Positions 46,293 to 56,329 of a stretch of 64,000 nt of DNA are shown in pieces. Made by a program: the position numbers and the translations under genes. Position 1 is the stretch's first letter. Each line of letters starts with the position of its first letter. The notes under the pieces are model-generated. The model was not told the DNA's origin, ran no database searches, and worked only from the letters and a program-made list of their open reading frames with translations. The DNA comes from Abditibacterium sp. (GTDB taxonomy: Bacteria; Armatimonadota; Abditibacteriia; Abditibacteriales; Abditibacteriaceae): contig CBDASK010000003.1 in assembly GCA_965199495.1 (NCBI GenBank), positions 3,072,001 to 3,136,000 of the forward strand. The letters run 5' to 3'.

Positions 46293-46847
46293 ATGAAAAA
46301 TACTGAAATCGAATTCAATTCCTGTTCCGCCGATTCCACCAACGAACAACCCAACGCGCTTTGCTCCGGGCGTCGCGAATTCCTGACGCGTTCCGTCGTC
46401 GGCGGGTTGGCCATCGCAATCGGCGGCGCGACATTAATTTCCGTTGCGCGCGCCGATGACGATGACAAAGCGGGTAAAAAAGCCGACGCCGACGAAGCAG
46501 TAGCCACGCCGACGGCGCAACCGCAAAACTCGAAGATCAACGCCGACGAATTATTGATCAAACCATCCGATTTTCCGGCCTTGGCGAAAGTCGGCGGTTT
46601 CGTGACGCTCAACACGACGGCGGGCAAAATCGTGGTCGCGCGCGTTGACGATCAAAAATTCGTTGCCGTCGGCGCGGTTTGCACGCACAAAGGTGGCCCC
46701 ATCGAATATGACAACGATGCCAAACAGTTTTTCTGTCCGTGGCACAAATCTCGGTTCGATTTGGATGGAGCCGTCGTCAAAGGCCCGGCCAGAGTCGCTT
46801 TGCCGAACTACAAAGAAGAAACGGCGACCGTGATTAAATTGAGCTGA
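46293..46847 (+). CDS. Tat-exported Rieske (2Fe-2S) protein
   Basis: GRREFL twin-arginine signal; CTHKG...CPWHKSRF Rieske ligands. Confidence 0.88.
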   Translation: MKNTEIEFNSCSADSTNEQPNALCSGRREFLTRSVVGGLAIAIGGATLISVARADDDDKAGKKADADEAVATPTAQPQNSKINADELLIKPSDFPALAKVGGFVTLNTTAGKIVVARVDDQKFVAVGAVCTHKGGPIEYDNDAKQFFCPWHKSRFDLDGAVVKGPARVALPNYKEETATVIKLS

Positions 46848-46850
46848 TTT

Positions 46851-47066
46851 TCATTCCGAATCCCATTTGATGCTGGCGCCGCTTTCTTCGCTGAAACGGC
46901 GCCAGCGCTCGGCGTCGGTCAGGGCGTCCGAAACCGTATCTACGTTCATGTTGGGCGCCACAACGCGAATTTCGACTTGGGCACCTTCGGGCAGTTCTTC
47001 GTCGCCCAGGGGAACAACGAGACCTTCGCGGACAACGCCGCGCGCGATAAGAGTTTGAGTTTCCAT
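46851..47066 (-). CDS. Small hypothetical protein (AF2212/antitoxin-like N-terminus)
   Basis: ARGVVREGLVVP....LPEGAQVEIRV pattern; 71 aa. Confidence 0.5.
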   Translation of the reverse strand: METQTLIARGVVREGLVVPLGDEELPEGAQVEIRVVAPNMNVDTVSDALTDAERWRRFSEESGASIKWDSE

Positions 47067-47189
47067 GAAAGGAGCGGTCTTCTAACCGCGATAACTGAAG
47101 CAAACGACGCCGCTACTAACAAAGTAGATGCCACATTTTTGTGGATAATTCACACCGGTAATTTACGTGATACGATTTCCTATTCGCTT

Positions 47190-49481
47190 CTAATTCTGAT
47201 GCAGCGCCACGCGAATTACGACCGACTTCGACGCGGGCGTATTCGATTTATCAGCCACGTCGTCCACCGAGACTAAAACATTGGTTTCGGGGAAATACGT
47301 CGCCGCGCAACCTTGGGGAATATCGTATTCGACGACGATAAACAACGGAGCCACGCGCGTTTGTCCGCGAAAATGGGACGTAATATCCACTTGGTCGCCC
47401 GCCGACAGACCGCGCGCTTTGATATCGGCGGCGTTCATGAAAATCACGCGGCGCTCGCCGTAAACGCCGCGATAGCGGTCGTCCATACCGTAAATCGTGG
47501 TGTTGTATTGGTCGTGCGAACGAATCGTCATCATCAACAGTTCGTCGTCTTCGAGCGCGATTGGCTCGATTTTGCAGACGCCGAAATTGGCTTTGCCGTT
47601 GGGCGTATTCCAAATCCGTTCGCGCGCGCCGTTGGGCAAATAAAATCCTTCGGGCAAACGCACGCGCTCGTTATAATTCTCGAAACCCGGCACGACGCGC
47701 TCGATGCGCGCGCGGATGAAATCGTAATCGTCGGCAAACGCGCGCCAGTTGAGTTTGTCGTCGCCCAAAACCGCGTGCGCCAATGCGGCGACAATCGCCG
47801 GTTCGCTTTTGAGATATTCCGAAGCTGGCTCCAATTTGCCGCGCGACGAATGAACCACGCCCATCGAATTTTCGACTGAAACGAATTGCGGCCCGCTTTT
47901 TTGCGCGTCCAATTCGGTGCGCCCCAGACACGGCAAAATCAAGGCGCGTTTGCCGGTCACGCAATGCGCGCGGTTGAGTTTGGTCGAAACGTGAACCGTG
48001 AGATTGCACTTGCGCAGCGCCTCGGCAGTGAACGAGGTGTCCGGCGTGGCTGATAGGAAGTTGCCGCCCATCGCGAAGAACACTTTCGCGCGCCCGTCGT
48101 GCATCGCTTTGATCGAATCCACCACGTCAAAGCCCGCTTCGCGCGGCGCCTTGAAGCCGAATTCGCGTTCGAGCGCGTCCAAAAACGTCGGTTGTGGCTT
48201 TTCGTAAATGCCCATCGTGCGGTCGCCCTGCACATTGGAATGGCCGCGCACCGGACAGGCGCCCGCGCCCGCGCGCCCGATGTGGCCGCCCAGTAAAAGC
48301 AAATTAATCACTTCGCGAATGTTGGCGACGGCGTTTTTGTGTTGCGTCAAACCCATTGCCCAACACGCGATAACGCGTTTCGAGCGCGCGATTAAAGCGG
48401 CGGCTTTGCGAATTTCGACGCGCGCGATGCCCGAAACGCGCTCGATTTCGTCCCAACTTTCCAGTCGCAACTGCGCCTGGAAATCGGCGAAACCCGCCGT
48501 ATGCTCTGCGATAAATGCGCGGTCGAAAACCTGTCCCGGCGCGGCGACTTCGTAATCGAACATCGCCTTCATGATGCCCTTGAGCAGAGCCACGTCGCCG
48601 TTGATTTTCACGGGCAGAAATTGCGTCGTCAATTCGACCGGATGAATCAAATCGGTCGGATGCTGCGGATGCGAAAACGCCAGTAAACCGGCTTCGGGCA
48701 ACGGGTTAATCGAAATGATTTCCGCGCCATTTTTGCGCGCCGCGCGCAAAGCCGAAAGCATGCGCGGATGATTGGTGCCGGGATTTTGCCCGATAATCAG
48801 GATGCAATCGGCCTTGCCGAAATCTTCCAATTTCACCGTGCCCTTGCCGATGCCGACGGCTTCACCCATCGCCCAGCCGCTCGATTCGTGGCACATATTC
48901 GAGCAATCGGGCAAATTGTTGGTGCCCAACATCCGCACGAATAATTGATACAAAAACGCGGCTTCGTTTGAAGTGCGGCCCGACGTATAAAAAATCGCTT
49001 GGTCGGGCGAATCGAGCGCTTTCAATTCGTCGGCGATGAGAGCAAACGCTTCGTCCCACGCAATCGGGCGATAATGTGTGGCGCCTTCGTCCAAAATCAT
49101 CGGATGCGTCAAGCGCCCGCTTTTGCCGATTACGCGGTCGTCCCAACTCGCGATTTCCAATAACGAATGTTGCGCGAAAAATTCGGGCGTGACGCGCTCC
49201 AATGTCGTTTCTTCGGCGACGGCTTTGGCGCCGTTTTCACAATACTCGAAGCGCGAACGATTATCCGACGGATCGGGCCACGCGCAACCGGGACAATCGA
49301 AACCGTCTTTCTGGTTGAGCTGGAGCAGAATCTGATTGCCGCGCACCAGTCCGCTTTCGCGCGCGATATGCTCCATTGATTTGGTAATTGCCATCAAACC
49401 AGCGGCGTGATGCTTGCGCGGCCCAACTTTCAAATCGGATAACTCTGCGGGCGTGAGTTCGCTTGGCAAATTTTCAGACAT
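47190..49481 (-). CDS. FdhF/YdeP family molybdopterin oxidoreductase
   Basis: GFDCPGCAWPD, EYCENGAKA, FYTSGRTSNEAA, TNNLPDCSNMCHE, RGHSNVQGDRT, RSHDQYNTTIYG. Confidence 0.95.
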   Translation of the reverse strand: MSENLPSELTPAELSDLKVGPRKHHAAGLMAITKSMEHIARESGLVRGNQILLQLNQKDGFDCPGCAWPDPSDNRSRFEYCENGAKAVAEETTLERVTPEFFAQHSLLEIASWDDRVIGKSGRLTHPMILDEGATHYRPIAWDEAFALIADELKALDSPDQAIFYTSGRTSNEAAFLYQLFVRMLGTNNLPDCSNMCHESSGWAMGEAVGIGKGTVKLEDFGKADCILIIGQNPGTNHPRMLSALRAARKNGAEIISINPLPEAGLLAFSHPQHPTDLIHPVELTTQFLPVKINGDVALLKGIMKAMFDYEVAAPGQVFDRAFIAEHTAGFADFQAQLRLESWDEIERVSGIARVEIRKAAALIARSKRVIACWAMGLTQHKNAVANIREVINLLLLGGHIGRAGAGACPVRGHSNVQGDRTMGIYEKPQPTFLDALEREFGFKAPREAGFDVVDSIKAMHDGRAKVFFAMGGNFLSATPDTSFTAEALRKCNLTVHVSTKLNRAHCVTGKRALILPCLGRTELDAQKSGPQFVSVENSMGVVHSSRGKLEPASEYLKSEPAIVAALAHAVLGDDKLNWRAFADDYDFIRARIERVVPGFENYNERVRLPEGFYLPNGARERIWNTPNGKANFGVCKIEPIALEDDELLMMTIRSHDQYNTTIYGMDDRYRGVYGERRVIFMNAADIKARGLSAGDQVDITSHFRGQTRVAPLFIVVEYDIPQGCAATYFPETNVLVSVDDVADKSNTPASKSVVIRVALHQN

Positions 49482-49530
49482 GAGATAAGTTTACGAATTT
49501 TGCTTTTGAGTCGTGAATCAAAACCGCGCA

Positions 49531-49815
49531 TCAAATTCCCATGTTTTTCATCACGAGGGCGACGATGCCAGCGCACACAGCGATGATGATAAAAAAGAAA
49601 GCGAAGGCGATGGCGATAAATCGAAAACCTTCGCGGTCAGCGGCTTGAGCCACCGGGTCAAGGGGAATTTCGATTTCGGGTTCTGCTAATTCAACTGCGG
49701 GAACTTCACTATTGGAATCGGGCGTTAAAATATCGGCTGGCGTCGGCACGTTTTGCGCGGGAACTTCGTCGGGCTTGGGCGCATCATCGGGCGAAGGTTG
49801 GGGCAAGTCGCTCAT
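49531..49815 (-). CDS. Small Pro/acidic protein with a C-terminal TM helix
   Basis: Low-complexity acidic N-terminus and one hydrophobic helix; co-oriented upstream of the YdeP-like gene. Confidence 0.55.
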   Translation of the reverse strand: MSDLPQPSPDDAPKPDEVPAQNVPTPADILTPDSNSEVPAVELAEPEIEIPLDPVAQAADREGFRFIAIAFAFFFIIIAVCAGIVALVMKNMGI

Positions 49816-49871
49816 CGCAATATAGTTTGCCTGTTTTAAGCGTTTCCATTGCCCACCAAACCGCCTTTTCT

Positions 49872-50465
49872 ATGAATAGCGAACCCACAACGCCGCAGTT
49901 TGCGTCGCCTCAAGACGCTTTTGAAGCCGAATTGCAACCAATTCTGGACAAGGCCTACGCCGTGGCTTATCGTCTGGCGGGCAACCGCGACGATGCGCAA
50001 GATTTGGTGCAGGACGCCGCCATTCAAGCCTTTCGTGCTTTCGCGAGTTATCAGAGCGGCACCAACTTCAAAGCGTGGTTCACGCGCATTCTGGTCAATC
50101 GTTTCTTGAATTTGCGCCGTAGCGCCGAGCGACGCCCGCAAACCGTTTCGATTGACGAAGCCGAAGATTTCTTTTTGTTTCAGCAAGCCAAAAATCGCAA
50201 AATGCTCGGTCGTGGCAGCGACCCGGCGGCGGCGCTGACCGCGAAAATTGACCGCGAACTCATCGCGCAGGCGTTGCTCGATTTGCCCGTCGAATTTCGC
50301 GCCGTCGCGACGTTGTATTTCATCGAAGATTATTCCTACGAAGAAATCGCGCGCATTTTGGAGGTGCCGATTGGCACCGTGCGTTCGCGTTTGCATCGCG
50401 GGCGCAAAATTTTGCAAAAGGCGTTATGGGATTTGGCCAGAGAACGTAACGTGATTTCGGCGTGA
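49872..50465 (+). CDS. ECF RNA polymerase sigma factor (SigH/SigR-like)
   Basis: DAQDLVQD, GTNFKAWFTRIL, YSYEEIARILEVPIGTVRSRLHRGR. Confidence 0.93.
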   Translation: MNSEPTTPQFASPQDAFEAELQPILDKAYAVAYRLAGNRDDAQDLVQDAAIQAFRAFASYQSGTNFKAWFTRILVNRFLNLRRSAERRPQTVSIDEAEDFFLFQQAKNRKMLGRGSDPAAALTAKIDRELIAQALLDLPVEFRAVATLYFIEDYSYEEIARILEVPIGTVRSRLHRGRKILQKALWDLARERNVISA

Positions 50466-50548
50466 TAGTTTTGGGAACTTCTGCGCAAGAATTGTATTTA
50501 AGTGAGAAGTTCGCCCGCAATTCAACGGACGCCAACGACAAAAATCTC

Positions 50549-50800
50549 ATGTTACTCGGATTCTACGATTGCCACGATACGCTCGAACGTTTGGACGATT
50601 ATCTCGACCGCGAGCTTTCGCCAAAAGAGAATCGTCAAGTCGCGATTCATCTGGCGATTTGTCTCAAGTGCGCCCAACATTATCGCTTCGAGCAAGGCTT
50701 TATCCAAGATGTGCGCGCCAAATTGGAGCGCGTCGAAGTGCCGCCCGAACTGATGAAGCAGATCAGCCTGTCGCTACGCGCGCTCGATGCGCCCGAATAA
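50549..50800 (+). CDS. Zinc-finger (zf-HC2) anti-sigma factor, RsrA-like
   Basis: DC...LDDYLDRELS...HLAICLKC; directly downstream of the ECF sigma gene; start uncertain. Confidence 0.85.
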   Translation: MLLGFYDCHDTLERLDDYLDRELSPKENRQVAIHLAICLKCAQHYRFEQGFIQDVRAKLERVEVPPELMKQISLSLRALDAPE

Positions 50801-50988
50801 CGTTCGGGCGCACAGCCACGGCGGCTTGGTTACGGAATTTGTCGTCGTGATGCTCGCGTAATAATTGGGCTTCATCGAAATGGAAACGCGCGAAAATGCG
50901 CGGTTTTGTGCCGTGACCCGCGCGTGATAATTGGACGCAACGGGAACTCAGAGCGCGTTACGAGCTTTTATAGCGTTAGATTCAACCC

Positions 50989-51996
50989 ATGAAAAACTTC
51001 AAATTTGCCATCCTCGCCACCGCCGGTTTGCTCGCTGGCGCGGGCTTTGGCGCTTATCGTCTGAACAACAAACCGGCGCTGGCGGCGGCAGAAAACAATT
51101 TCAAAACCGCGCCCGAACTGGTCGGTTCGCAGTGGCTCAACACGCCGGGCAACAAGCCGATCACTCTCGCTTCGCGTCGCGGCAAAGTCACCATCGTCGA
51201 GTTTTATGCGACGACTTGTTCCAACTGCATCGCCAATTTTTCGGCCTATAACAAATGGCACGACGATTTGAAAAATCAGGGCGTCGAAGTGATCGGCGTT
51301 CATACGCCCGAAACTTCGTTCGAGCGCGACCCGAAAAACGTGGCGTCGCAAGCCAAAAAGTATGGCATCAACTATCCGATTTTGATCGATGCCAACAGCA
51401 AAAATTGGCAGAATTACAATCAGCAATACTGGCCGACGATTTATGTCGTGGACAAAGCCGGGAAAATCCGCTCGAAGTGGGAAGGCGAACTCGAATCGGG
51501 CGGCGGCAAAGGCACCGCCAAAATCACGGCGCAAGTTCAGCAATTACTCGCCGAAAAATCGCCCGCTGGAATGAAAAACGTTTCGACGAATAATATGCCC
51601 AACGCGCAGGGCAAAGTCGTGAAAACCGACGCGCAATGGCGCGCGCAGTTGACGCCGCAGCAATACGAAGTTTTGCGCAATGAAGGCACCGAAGCGCCTT
51701 ATTCCGGCGCGCTGTTGAAGAACCACGAAACCGGCGTTTTCGTGTGCGCGGGTTGCGGTCAGGAACTGTTTAAGTCCGGCACCAAATTCGATTCGGGCAC
51801 TGGTTGGCCGAGTTTTTATCAGGCGATTCCCGGCGCCGTCGTCGAGAAAACCGACGACAGTTTGTTCATGGAGCGCACCGAAGTCGTCTGTTCGCGTTGC
51901 GGCGGACACTTGGGCCACGTCTTCAACGACGGCCCGCAACCGACCGGTTTGCGCTATTGCATGAACTCGGCGGCGTTGGGTTTCGAGAAAAAGTAA
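50989..51996 (+). CDS. msrB: Exported redoxin (thioredoxin-like)-methionine-R-sulfoxide reductase fusion
   Basis: Signal peptide; CSNC and GVHTPE redoxin domain; MsrB motifs [36 protein letters not shown]. Confidence 0.92.
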   Translation: MKNFKFAILATAGLLAGAGFGAYRLNNKPALAAAENNFKTAPELVGSQWLNTPGNKPITLASRRGKVTIVEFYATTCSNCIANFSAYNKWHDDLKNQGVEVIGVHTPETSFERDPKNVASQAKKYGINYPILIDANSKNWQNYNQQYWPTIYVVDKAGKIRSKWEGELESGGGKGTAKITAQVQQLLAEKSPAGMKNVSTNNMPNAQGKVVKTDAQWRAQLTPQQYEVLRNEGTEAPYSGALLKNHETGVFVCAGCGQELFKSGTKFDSGTGWPSFYQAIPGAVVEKTDDSLFMERTEVVCSRCGGHLGHVFNDGPQPTGLRYCMNSAALGFEKK

Positions 51997-52012
51997 ATTG
52001 TCGCGAAAGTTG

Positions 52013-52050
52013 AAAACGAGCCGCCCGAAAATCTTCGGGCGGCTCGTTTT
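52013..52050 (+). terminator. Intrinsic terminator
   Basis: AAAACGAGCCGCCCGAA-AATC-TTCGGGCGGCTCGTTTT. Confidence 0.85.
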
Positions 52051-52109
52051 ATTTTGGTTGGTTGCTCCTGAAAAGCGCGAGCGCGTTAAAATAAAGTCCC
52101 CATACATTT

Positions 52110-52952
52110 ATGATTGCTTCACTTTCTCCCGTCACAGCGGGCGCCGGATTGCCGTTGCCGCAGCAGGTCGCTTTATGCGCGCGTCACGGATTTGCCGGAC
52201 TTGAAATCGGCATGGACGCCGTGGCTGCCCTCGGCATCGAGAACGCGCGCGAGTTATTTCAACACGCCGATGTCGCGCCCGTCACTTTTGGTTTGCCCGT
52301 CGAATGGCGCAAAGACGAAGCAACCTTCGCCGCCGATTTGGCGCGCTTACCAATGCTGGCGCGCCTGGCCGCCGATTTGGGCATCACGCGCTGCACGACT
52401 TACGTTTTGCCTTCGTCCAAAACGCCCGTGGCGGAATACGCCGCGACTTCGATTCGTCGTTTCGCCGCCATCGCCGCGATTTTGAACGAGCAGCACATTT
52501 CTCTGGGGTTGGAATTTCTCGGCCCGCAGCAGTTTCGGCCCGACCCAAATAACGTCTGGTTTTACGACATCGCGGGCGCTTTAGCTGTTGCCGACGAAGT
52601 GAATCGCGCGGCTGGAACGAGTAATGTCGGATTGTTGGTGGATTGCTGGCACTGGCACGCGGGCGGCGGCACGCAGATGGATTTGGCTTCGATTCCGCTC
52701 GAACAGATCGTCCACGTTCACATCAACGATGCGCCTGCGGGCGTCGCCTTGCCCGATTTGGTGGACAACGTGCGCGAACTGCCCGGCGCGACCGGCGAAA
52801 TTGACGTGCGCGGCTTCCTTTCGACATTGCGCGCTCTGGGCTATAACGGCCCGGTTGCGGTCGAAACGTTCTCGCAAAAGTTAAACGAAATGTCGTCCGA
52901 CGACGCGGCGGCTTTAGCGGCCACGGCGACGCGCAAGGCGTTGGCGATTTGA
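52110..52952 (+). CDS. Sugar phosphate isomerase/epimerase family protein (AP endonuclease 2 TIM barrel)
   Basis: LGLEFLG, GLLVDCWHW, HVHINDA, RELPG..G, GYNGPVAVETF. Confidence 0.88.
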   Translation: MIASLSPVTAGAGLPLPQQVALCARHGFAGLEIGMDAVAALGIENARELFQHADVAPVTFGLPVEWRKDEATFAADLARLPMLARLAADLGITRCTTYVLPSSKTPVAEYAATSIRRFAAIAAILNEQHISLGLEFLGPQQFRPDPNNVWFYDIAGALAVADEVNRAAGTSNVGLLVDCWHWHAGGGTQMDLASIPLEQIVHVHINDAPAGVALPDLVDNVRELPGATGEIDVRGFLSTLRALGYNGPVAVETFSQKLNEMSSDDAAALAATATRKALAI

Positions 52953-53570
52953 GGCGCGGAACATGGAACTGCGTGGCACTCGCCAATAAAACGGCGGCTT
53001 CGTGTAACCATATTGATTATGTTTGTTGATCGCGTCGTAATCTAATTGCGTGAAGCGGACGTTGTTATTGTCAATCCATTTGAACGTGTGAGCGAAGTCA
53101 ATGTGGAAGTATTTGTAGCGCGGCCAAGCGCCCAATTCCAGGCAATACAAACCGCCTTCATCAGTATCGCTCGCCCCGCTTCCGTCCGAGCGCACCAGCA
53201 AACGGCGATTATCCGGCGACCACGCAAAGCCCATTGTGTAATCGCTGGGCGCGGCGAAATGACGCAATCGGTAGCCTTCGCGCCACACGAAATAATCTGG
53301 GACTTGCGACACAACCACGGCTTTGTGGTCTTTCGACCAGACAATGTCCTCTTTGGGATCAAAATGGTAACTCAGCGTCCGCTTCCACAAGGTCTTGCTC
53401 GCCAAACCGTCGCGTAGCCAAATCTCCCATTGCGGCTCGGTATAAGGATTAGTGGAGAAGTAGCCCGTTTGTCGCCAGTGCAATTGGTAACGTTCGCCCG
53501 CACAAGCGCGATTATGTTGGCTGCACAGCGCGCATACAAACAAAATCCAAAAAAGAAAAGATCGCTTCAT
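52914..53570 (-). CDS. Hypothetical secreted protein
   Basis: Signal peptide; WSKD and WSPD propeller-like motifs; AT-richer; 3' end overlaps the convergent gene by 39 bp. Confidence 0.6.
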   Translation of the reverse strand: MKRSFLFWILFVCALCSQHNRACAGERYQLHWRQTGYFSTNPYTEPQWEIWLRDGLASKTLWKRTLSYHFDPKEDIVWSKDHKAVVVSQVPDYFVWREGYRLRHFAAPSDYTMGFAWSPDNRRLLVRSDGSGASDTDEGGLYCLELGAWPRYKYFHIDFAHTFKWIDNNNVRFTQLDYDAINKHNQYGYTKPPFYWRVPRSSMFRASNRQRLARRRGR

Positions 53571-53627
53571 CCTTAAATATCATATTACAAATTTTAGGGT
53601 TTAGCAAATTCGCTTGCATTGTGCGAG

Positions 53628-54776
53628 TCATTTCCAATACTCATCGGGAAAGCGCCAGATTTTCGTCGCTTTTCCGCTCGCGACATCCACGCGCCACAGT
53701 TCGCCCGAAGCAGCCACGGCGACGGCGTTCTGGTTGCCAATCCACGTCACGTCGTCGGCGTTCCAATCGGTGCGCGTGCCTAACTCGGTCGCTTTCAAAT
53801 TGGGCAGCGAAATCGTCCACAGTTTTTCGCCCGCCGCGCCCAGAATTCGTTTTTCGTTGGGCGACCAGTAAACCGTAATCACATCGCCGGGAATCGTGGC
53901 GGTTTTAAGTTTTTTAACGCCGTTTCCTTCGATGTTATAAAGCGTCCATTGCCAATCGGTTTCACCCTCGGCGCGCGCCAAAACCAACTGTTTGCCGTTG
54001 GGCGAAACATAACTCCACGAAATCTCGTCGCCGTTCCATGCGGGCGAAATCTGCGCGGCTTTCGCATTTTCGACGCGAAACAGCGCGATTTTTTCGGGTT
54101 GCTTCGCGATGTCGCGCACGACGTAATAAACCGTGCGCTTGCCGATTTGGATGGCGCGATTTTGTCCGTATGTCACATCGGCATGATCGAGCGGGAGCGC
54201 GCGGCCATTGGCCACGCGAAACAGCGATTTGGGTTCGCCGCGCGTTTTGAGCACGAGCGTGCCATCGGGCGCGTAAAGTCCGCTGACGAGCTTTTGGCCG
54301 CGCGGCAAATCGGGCGTGATATTCTCTGGATCGCTCGCTGATAAAGTCGCGCCATCAACGGGCGCGCTATAAATTCCGGCGTTGGCTTTGGCGGCGGGAC
54401 GCGGAATTTTTTCGCGTTCGATGAGCAGCGCGCGGCCATCGGCGCGCCACGCCGAAACGTAATCTTGCCAGCCTGCGGGCGAAGTCGTCGCGCGCGCGCG
54501 CCCAGTTTTGAGGTCAACGATCCACACGCTGCCGCGCCCGTAATTGTTATAAATGCCGGTAAACGCCAGTAAACGCCCGTCGGGCGAAGCGCGCAAACCT
54601 TTGACCAGCGGCGCCGGAGCCGCCGTGGCTGCTGGCCGCGCCGTGATATTTCCGGTGGGCGCAATGCGCGCTTGTTCTGTGGCGCGACTTTGGAAACCCA
54701 GCCCCACGAAAAAGCCGGTGCCCAACAACACGGCGCCCAAAACTAACGCGCGCGCGGCAAGTGAAAATCGTGACAT
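53628..54776 (-). CDS. TolB-like beta-propeller protein, membrane-anchored
   Basis: N-terminal TM helix; SPDGRLLAF, SPNGKQL and WSPNEK repeats. Confidence 0.7.
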   Translation of the reverse strand: MSRFSLAARALVLGAVLLGTGFFVGLGFQSRATEQARIAPTGNITARPAATAAPAPLVKGLRASPDGRLLAFTGIYNNYGRGSVWIVDLKTGRARATTSPAGWQDYVSAWRADGRALLIEREKIPRPAAKANAGIYSAPVDGATLSASDPENITPDLPRGQKLVSGLYAPDGTLVLKTRGEPKSLFRVANGRALPLDHADVTYGQNRAIQIGKRTVYYVVRDIAKQPEKIALFRVENAKAAQISPAWNGDEISWSYVSPNGKQLVLARAEGETDWQWTLYNIEGNGVKKLKTATIPGDVITVYWSPNEKRILGAAGEKLWTISLPNLKATELGTRTDWNADDVTWIGNQNAVAVAASGELWRVDVASGKATKIWRFPDEYWK

Positions 54777-54815
54777 GGAGAAAGGATAAGAAATAAAAAA
54801 TGGCGCGAAGAAATT

Positions 54816-55403
54816 TTATTGTTGGGCTTTCTTAATTCCGTCCAGCCATAACTGGTGAATGCGCGATTCGCCCGCGATTTCGGGATGAAACGACGCGGCC
54901 ATAATCTGATTCTGGCGCACCAGAACCGGCACGCCTTCGTAACTTCCCAAAACTTCGACACCGGCTCCGACTTCGAGGATTTGTGGCGCGCGAATAAAAA
55001 CTGCGCGGATCGTGCCGTCTAAAGCGAGCACTTCGATTTCGGCCTCGAACGAATCGAGTTGGGTGCCGTAAGCGTTGCGAGCCACGCGCACATCTAACGC
55101 GCCCAGACTGTGTTGCGCGAAGTTGGTCGAGGTATTTTCAATGGCGCGCGCCAACAAAATCAAACCCGCGCAGGTGCCAAGCGCGGGCAAACCGTCGTTT
55201 AATCGCTGCACCAAGGGCGCGCGCAAATCGTAGCGGTCGAGCAGACGCGCCATCGTCGTGCTTTCGCCGCCGGGCAAGATCAAGCCGTCCACGGTTTCCA
55301 ATTCAGCGCGCGTGCGCACCAATTGCGTCGGCACGCCCAGTTCGTGCAACACCTTTTGGTGTGCGCTATAATCGCCCTGCAAAGCGAGAAGTCCAATTAA
55401 CAC
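54816..55403 (-). CDS. pdxT: Pyridoxal 5'-phosphate synthase glutaminase subunit
   Basis: LALQGD, PGGESTT, GTCAGLILLA, RNAYG.Q.DSFE, FIRAP, FHPE; GTG start. Confidence 0.95.
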   Translation of the reverse strand: MLIGLLALQGDYSAHQKVLHELGVPTQLVRTRAELETVDGLILPGGESTTMARLLDRYDLRAPLVQRLNDGLPALGTCAGLILLARAIENTSTNFAQHSLGALDVRVARNAYGTQLDSFEAEIEVLALDGTIRAVFIRAPQILEVGAGVEVLGSYEGVPVLVRQNQIMAASFHPEIAGESRIHQLWLDGIKKAQQ

Positions 55404-55583
55404 CGCCTCAGTCTAACTTCATTGAGCCGTGGCTCTTGAGGTTAAGAAGCGTCTTAGAATTTTAAAATATCAATAGTTTGCAGTTATTTTGTTAAAAGCA
55501 AAAATTATCGGCACTGGCATTGCATTCTGCTTTTGCAAGAGGTGCTGCTCGTTCTTTATGGTGCCTCAACAGGAAACCAAACC

Positions 55584-56234
55584 ATGAAAACACGCACCCC
55601 CAAATTCACTGCTCTGGCGCTTGGCGCCGCGATGGGCTTCGCCTCTTTCGGCGCTCTGACCGCGACTCCCGCGCACGCGGACAACATCGTTGCCACCGCC
55701 AAAAGCACTGGCATGTTCAAAACTCTGCTGGCCGCCGCTCAGGCTGCTGGCGTGGCTCCGATGTTGATGAACGACAAAAACCTCACCGTTTTCGCGCCGA
55801 CCGATGCGGCCTTCGACAAACTGCCCGCTGGAACCGTGCAGATGTTGCTCAAGCCGGAAAACAAAGACACGCTGAAAAAGATTTTGGCCTATCACGTTTT
55901 GACGATGAAAGTGCCCGCCAAAAAAGCGATGGCTCTGCCATCGGGCACCAACATCAAAACCGCCGAGGGCGAGAAGTTCATTCTGCGCAAAATGGACGGC
56001 AAACTGATGATCGATCCGGGCGTTGGCGCCAAAGCCACCGTCATCAAGCCCAACGTGATGGCCGACAACGGCATCGTTCACGTCATTGACACCGTTTTGA
56101 TCCCACCCAGCGTGCAGCGCGCGATGGCTGAAAAAGCCAAAATGATGATGAAGAAAAATGATATGTCCACCAACGACAAGATGGACATGGACAAAGGTAA
56201 AATGGAAGATGGCAAGATGGATAACGGAATGTAA
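55584..56234 (+). CDS. Fasciclin (FAS1) domain protein with a Met/Lys/Asp-rich tail
   Basis: TVFAPTDAAF, ILAYHV, NGIVHVIDTVLIP; tail MMMKKNDMSTNDKMDMDKGKMEDGKMDNGM. Confidence 0.92.
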   Translation: MKTRTPKFTALALGAAMGFASFGALTATPAHADNIVATAKSTGMFKTLLAAAQAAGVAPMLMNDKNLTVFAPTDAAFDKLPAGTVQMLLKPENKDTLKKILAYHVLTMKVPAKKAMALPSGTNIKTAEGEKFILRKMDGKLMIDPGVGAKATVIKPNVMADNGIVHVIDTVLIPPSVQRAMAEKAKMMMKKNDMSTNDKMDMDKGKMEDGKMDNGM

Positions 56235-56247
56235 ATTCATTCTCCAG

Positions 56248-56285
56248 AAAAAGGCGCCGAACGAGCAATCGTTCGGCGCCTTTTT
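56248..56285 (+). terminator. Intrinsic terminator
   Basis: AAAAAGGCGCCGAACGA-GCAA-TCGTTCGGCGCCTTTTT. Confidence 0.88.
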
Positions 56286-56329
56286 GCGTTCGATTTAATC
56301 GCGGAATTTGATTTGCCAACTGCCAATTT

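Noticed and set aside
49699..49728. GGGAAC...CGTTAA as an autoregulatory ECF promoter
   Set aside because: Spacing is one base longer than the usual GGAAC-N18-GTT, it lies inside the opposite-strand ORF, and the GGGAAC sites before the anti-sigma and msrB genes lack a matching -10.
50989..51996. Selenocysteine recoding in MsrB or the FdhF-like protein
   Set aside because: Both ORFs are uninterrupted, with Cys at the catalytic positions and no in-frame TGA.
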